This document shows, piece after piece, positions 33,450-36,485 of a stretch of 36,485 bases of DNA. The notes beneath the pieces are model-generated. The model ran no database searches and was not told where the DNA came from. It saw only the letters and a program-made list of their open reading frames with translations. This stretch comes from a bacterium (GTDB taxonomy: Bacteria > Armatimonadota > Chthonomonadetes > Chthonomonadales > Chthonomonadaceae). The DNA is taken from assembly GCA_021805405.1 (NCBI GenBank), contig JAJZFK010000254.1, positions 1 to 36,485 of the forward strand. Direction: 5' to 3'. Each line of letters starts with the position of its first letter. Position 1 is the first letter of the stretch. Position numbers and translations under genes: made by a program.

Positions 33450-35372
33450 CTATTTCATATTGGGCCGCGGATTGAACTGGGGTGGAAGGTGTGTGACGAT
33501 TCCTCGTGCAATGTCAACTGGCTCTACTCCTGTCCATTTCCAGCCAAGTTGTGCCTGAAGTTGAATGTTATCCACCAGCTTTTGGGGAATCTCTGCATAA
33601 GCAGGCGTAAGCGGTTTCTCCGCTCCAGACAGCCTTGCGGGATCAAAGGCGCCAAGAAGGTTGGTAACGCCCGGAGTATCGTTATCCAATGGCCCCATAT
33701 TAGCAGAGTGGTATTTCGTCTGGCCCAGCTTGCGGGCCGCGCTTTCATCCGGCAGATCGGCAAGTGGTACCAGGTTGAATAGCGTATCGGCAAGCTTTAC
33801 TACGCTTGCGGTACAACCAGGAGCGTGATCAACGTAGCCTGTCCTGCTGTAGGGCGAAATTACCAATAAGGGAATGCGCGGCCCCAGTGAAAGCGGCTTT
33901 CCATCCGGACCAACGTTGAGCATAGGCGGTGGCACATGGTCGTAATCACCCTCACAGTCGTCCCAGGTAATTACGATAGCGCACTGTTTCCAGTATTTGC
34001 TCGCTGCAATTGTATTCACTGCCTGTGCAAGCATCGCTTCGCTAATTTGCGAATCGGAGTCGCCAGGGTGATCGTCGTCGCCTAAAAACCGTCCGGATGC
34101 CCGCACTGCAGGGTCCGCGGGGCGCAGGCCCATGATATTCCGCTTACCGCCCTTTACGTAATAGACACCTGGGCCTGCAAGTTTACCGCTACGCACGTCG
34201 CTAAAGAAGCGGTTTAAGCCGTGCAGGTGTGCTGCCATCGCAGGATTATTGGAGATGTAGCCAAAGTACTGGGGCCCGTTATGGTGGGTAACGTAGGACA
34301 GGTGCAGGCCATCGGCATCTACTGGGTCACTACTGACTGCTGTGGCATGAGTACTAAAGCCCTCTTCGTACCAGGCCCAGTTAAACGAGTGCGACTCCTC
34401 ACGTGCTATTGCACCAACGTCGCGCTTCACATCGGCCAGGTCAACAGACGCGTCACGGTCTCTCGTTACGGTTTCCGGTAGCTGGCTGCCCGTAAGAGTG
34501 AGCATAACAGTGGCGAAGGTGAGGTTGCGTTGAACCTTACCTGGTCTGGCTTTTAATTTGCGGTAGTCTTTAGGGTTGTAAGGCATCTTGCCGTGTTTGG
34601 TTGTATCCTCGGGAGATCCCCAGAAGGGATTGGAGTCGTTCACTACTGGCACACCTGGCCCACTACCACCGTCGCCTTTAAAAGCCTGGCTGGGATATCG
34701 CAGCCACTGCGTAATTCCCGTTTGCGCCGCGATGATGCTCAAATTGCCCGGCGTAGAATCAGCGGCCATCTCCTCAAAGATGCCGTCGCAGAGTACAAAC
34801 CGATGCGCGTACCGCCATAGAAATGGAATGGTGTCGCCGTCCTCGTAGGCCATCTCCAGCTCACCATATCTCATAGCTTTCAATGAAGGAACCGTGCCAT
34901 TCCACCCATGATTCCGCTCCTCCGCCATTGCAAACTGATCCATACGAGCGTGCCCATCTTGCACATCCATCTTTGCCAAAGTAAGCGGGTGCGCATGCCC
35001 AACGCTCCCCAGGTCGGCTGCTGCGTTGGCCCGTGCCAGCCTGAACGGCGAAACATGGAAAATATGGCCGTGCGTATTTAGGAGTGCCTGACTAAAACCC
35101 AAAGTGGAATGGGCTGGTCGGTTGTATAGGCCGTTAGCGCCAGGAAACGTACCAAAATAACTATCGAATGAGCGGTTCTCCTGATAGAGCACAAAGAGAT
35201 ACTTTACGTGTCGCCTAAGCTGTCGTATTAAACGGGACGTAACTGCTGGTGAATTAGGGCGCGACTGTGCAAACGACTGCTGTAAGGGTAGTAGCTGTAG
35301 CGTAGCAATACAGACAATGAACCGTGCGGTCTTAGGTATCCTTAAAGTGATCTTCGCGTTAGTACTTCGCAT
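33450..35372 (-). CDS. Secreted phosphoesterase-family protein (phospholipase C / AcpA acid phosphatase family, PF04185-type)
   Basis: ATG 35372 lies 6 nt after GGAG and opens the signal sequence MRSTNAKITLRIPKTARFIVCIATLQLLPLQQSFAQ. Hallmarks are FVLYQENRSFDSYFGTFPGANG and ITWDDCEGDYDHVPPP. The track start at 35450 is probably over-extended. Confidence 0.88.
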   Translation of the reverse strand: MRSTNAKITLRIPKTARFIVCIATLQLLPLQQSFAQSRPNSPAVTSRLIRQLRRHVKYLFVLYQENRSFDSYFGTFPGANGLYNRPAHSTLGFSQALLNTHGHIFHVSPFRLARANAAADLGSVGHAHPLTLAKMDVQDGHARMDQFAMAEERNHGWNGTVPSLKAMRYGELEMAYEDGDTIPFLWRYAHRFVLCDGIFEEMAADSTPGNLSIIAAQTGITQWLRYPSQAFKGDGGSGPGVPVVNDSNPFWGSPEDTTKHGKMPYNPKDYRKLKARPGKVQRNLTFATVMLTLTGSQLPETVTRDRDASVDLADVKRDVGAIAREESHSFNWAWYEEGFSTHATAVSSDPVDADGLHLSYVTHHNGPQYFGYISNNPAMAAHLHGLNRFFSDVRSGKLAGPGVYYVKGGKRNIMGLRPADPAVRASGRFLGDDDHPGDSDSQISEAMLAQAVNTIAASKYWKQCAIVITWDDCEGDYDHVPPPMLNVGPDGKPLSLGPRIPLLVISPYSRTGYVDHAPGCTASVVKLADTLFNLVPLADLPDESAARKLGQTKYHSANMGPLDNDTPGVTNLLGAFDPARLSGAEKPLTPAYAEIPQKLVDNIQLQAQLGWKWTGVEPVDIARGIVTHLPPQFNPRPNMK

Positions 35373-35621
35373 GAGTTTCTCCGGGATGCCGATTAGTGGA
35401 TTTGCATTAAGGTTACCTAGCACCGCATTCAAATTAGAGCATGTTAACATAAATTTAACATTTCAGGTGCAGGTCAAATCTGCGAAATTCTGAAATCCTT
35501 AGCCCTAAAAATTACCAGTTTTTTTACCAACAATGATTGTGGAGTTGCAGAGTTGACCGTTTTAATCACGTACGGCGACTTAAACATCTAGCACAGAAAT
35601 TCCCTACAACGGGAGCCCAAT

Positions 35622-35636
35622 CCGGCAGGATGCCGG
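35622..35636 (+). promoter_or_regulatory. Hairpin presenting GGA in its loop in the flagellin 5' leader (candidate CsrA site)
   Basis: CCGGC-AGGAT-GCCGG is a 5-bp stem with a GGA-containing loop, ending 51 nt upstream of the flagellin ATG. A second GGA cluster lies in the SD GGAGGAG (35671-35677). Confidence 0.3.
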
Positions 35637-35687
35637 GTATCGGACACGCGAGTGCCCCTGGGTATTTCACGGAGGAGACCGACAGGA

Positions 35688-36485
35688 ATGGGATTGTACA
35701 TTAATACCAACGTCACCGCGATGGACGCTTTACGCAATTTGTCCAACATCTCGGGTGTAGTTGCCGGTGACATTCAGAAACTATCTAGTGGCCTGGCCAT
35801 AAACTCTGCAGCCGATAACCCATCAGGGCTCATCATCTCGGAGAACTTGAAGGCCCAGATTAACGGACTTAACCAGGCCGTTGCAAACAGTCAGGATGCT
35901 AACAACCTCATTAAAACGGCAGATGGTGCCCTTTCGTCGGTCAGTGGCCTGCTGGACACGATCCGCCAACTTGCTGTACACGCCGCCAACACTGGTGTTA
36001 ATGACCAGGTGGCAGTGCAGGCCGATCAACAGCAGATATCCTCTGCAGTTGGCAGCATCGAGCGCATCGCTGAGAACACGCAGTTCGGGTCGAAGCACCT
36101 CCTCGATGGAACATCGGGTATCACTGCGGCAATCGTTAATACCAAGGACGTTGCCGGTATCAACATCGGTGGGACATTTAACAACCTCGCGACGCAAACC
36201 GGCACGCTTAGCATGCAGGTAAATAACGTAGCTACCAGAGCAATCTCTATTGGCAACGTTACGTATGCTACTGTGAACTCCAGCCTTGCAACTGCCAATG
36301 GTACGAACGTTAACAACAACGGTGGAACGATCGTCATCAACGGCCAGACCGTGAAGGTAGCCGCATCAGACAGTGTACAGACTGTCCTTAACGACATCAA
36401 CAACCTTTCAAGCAGCACAGGAGTATCTGCGCAGTTTAGCGCAGCAAACGGCTCTGGCGTAATAGTGCTTACCCAGCAAACCTAC
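35688..36485 (+). CDS. fliC: Flagellin, 3'-partial (runs off the window); not in the ORF track
   Basis: GGAGGAG SD 10 nt upstream of ATG 35688, then 266 codons with no stop to the window end. MGLYINTNVTAMDALRNLSNISGVVAGDIQKLSSGLAINSAADNPSGLIISENLKAQINGLNQAVANSQDANNLIKTADGALSSVSGLLDTIRQLAVHAANTG...IERIAENTQFGSKHLLDG is the conserved flagellin N-domain. INGQTVKVAASDSVQTVLNDINNLSSSTGVSAQ fits the flagellin 'IN' motif. The track ORFs at 35823-36418 are its shadows. Confidence 0.93.
   Translation, partial: MGLYINTNVTAMDALRNLSNISGVVAGDIQKLSSGLAINSAADNPSGLIISENLKAQINGLNQAVANSQDANNLIKTADGALSSVSGLLDTIRQLAVHAANTGVNDQVAVQADQQQISSAVGSIERIAENTQFGSKHLLDGTSGITAAIVNTKDVAGINIGGTFNNLATQTGTLSMQVNNVATRAISIGNVTYATVNSSLATANGTNVNNNGGTIVINGQTVKVAASDSVQTVLNDINNLSSSTGVSAQFSAANGSGVIVLTQQTY

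Noticed and set aside
35451-35687. Sigma-28 (FliA/SigD) promoter upstream of flagellin
   Set aside because: There is no acceptable TAAA-N15-GCCGATAA match. The nearest candidates (TTAA...GGCGACTTAA) fail on both sequence and spacing. TTGACC at about 35554 has no properly spaced -10 element.
35823-36418. Track ORFs 35823-36197(-), 35881-36222(+) and 36026-36418(-)
   Set aside because: All lie inside the flagellin reading frame, which has a strong SD and an unmistakable flagellin N-domain. They are shadow ORFs.
1-36485. Search for CRISPR arrays, tandem repeats, IS elements or transposases, integrases, prophage genes, and known defence modules (RM, TA, Abi, CBASS, retron or DGR reverse transcriptases)
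   Set aside because: I found no repeat-spacer periodicity, no terminal inverted repeats flanking a transposase-like ORF, and no nuclease, ATPase, reverse-transcriptase or cyclase signatures in any ORF. The window looks like core or accessory metabolic chromosome rather than a defence or mobile island.

Overview
Gene-dense bacterial chromosomal segment with about 30 protein genes on both strands. I found no rRNA or tRNA, no transposase or integrase, no CRISPR array and no recognisable defence genes.

Content: housekeeping genes are interleaved with many secreted glycan-active enzymes.
- Housekeeping: hisF-hisI, a CbiX-type chelatase, a 2-Cys peroxiredoxin, an ALDH7-like aldehyde dehydrogenase, an SDR, a DeoR regulator, an ECF sigma factor with a single-domain response regulator, and flagellin.
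- Glycan-active or secreted: GH116-like, GH16-like, clan GH-A/PslG-like, long-form GH51-like and GH128 enzymes, plus a phosphoesterase/PLC-family protein.
- Several large signal-peptide proteins belong to no family I can name.

Two genes run off the window edges and are missing from the ORF track: the GH116-like gene (frame open from base 2) and a flagellin gene (ATG 35688 to the 3' end). Several track ORFs are probably over-extended at the 5' end, and I give SD- or signal-peptide-supported starts for them.

The prepilin-type DUF1559/H-X9-DG protein, the GH richness, the isolated his genes and the 4-bp convergent stop overlaps are compatible with a compact Armatimonadota/PVC-like genome. That is a guess from memory, not a search result.

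I do not see a clear-cut novel defence or mobile system. The best candidates for new biology are:
1. A secreted-protein cluster (7.5-18.8 kb) containing 883-aa and 1138-aa proteins of unknown family.
2. An exported CXXCH/toroid-repeat protein whose signal peptide is cut off by one in-frame TGA.
3. A DUF1338(HglS)-like fusion protein translationally coupled to an ALDH7-type dehydrogenase.
4. An ECF sigma factor with no anti-sigma gene, paired with a receiver lacking the invariant Lys.
5. A flagellin leader with CsrA-type GGA sites.
6. Three non-coding spacers of about 0.5 kb in an otherwise very compact region.

All family calls come from motif recognition by eye, and none was verified by a search.
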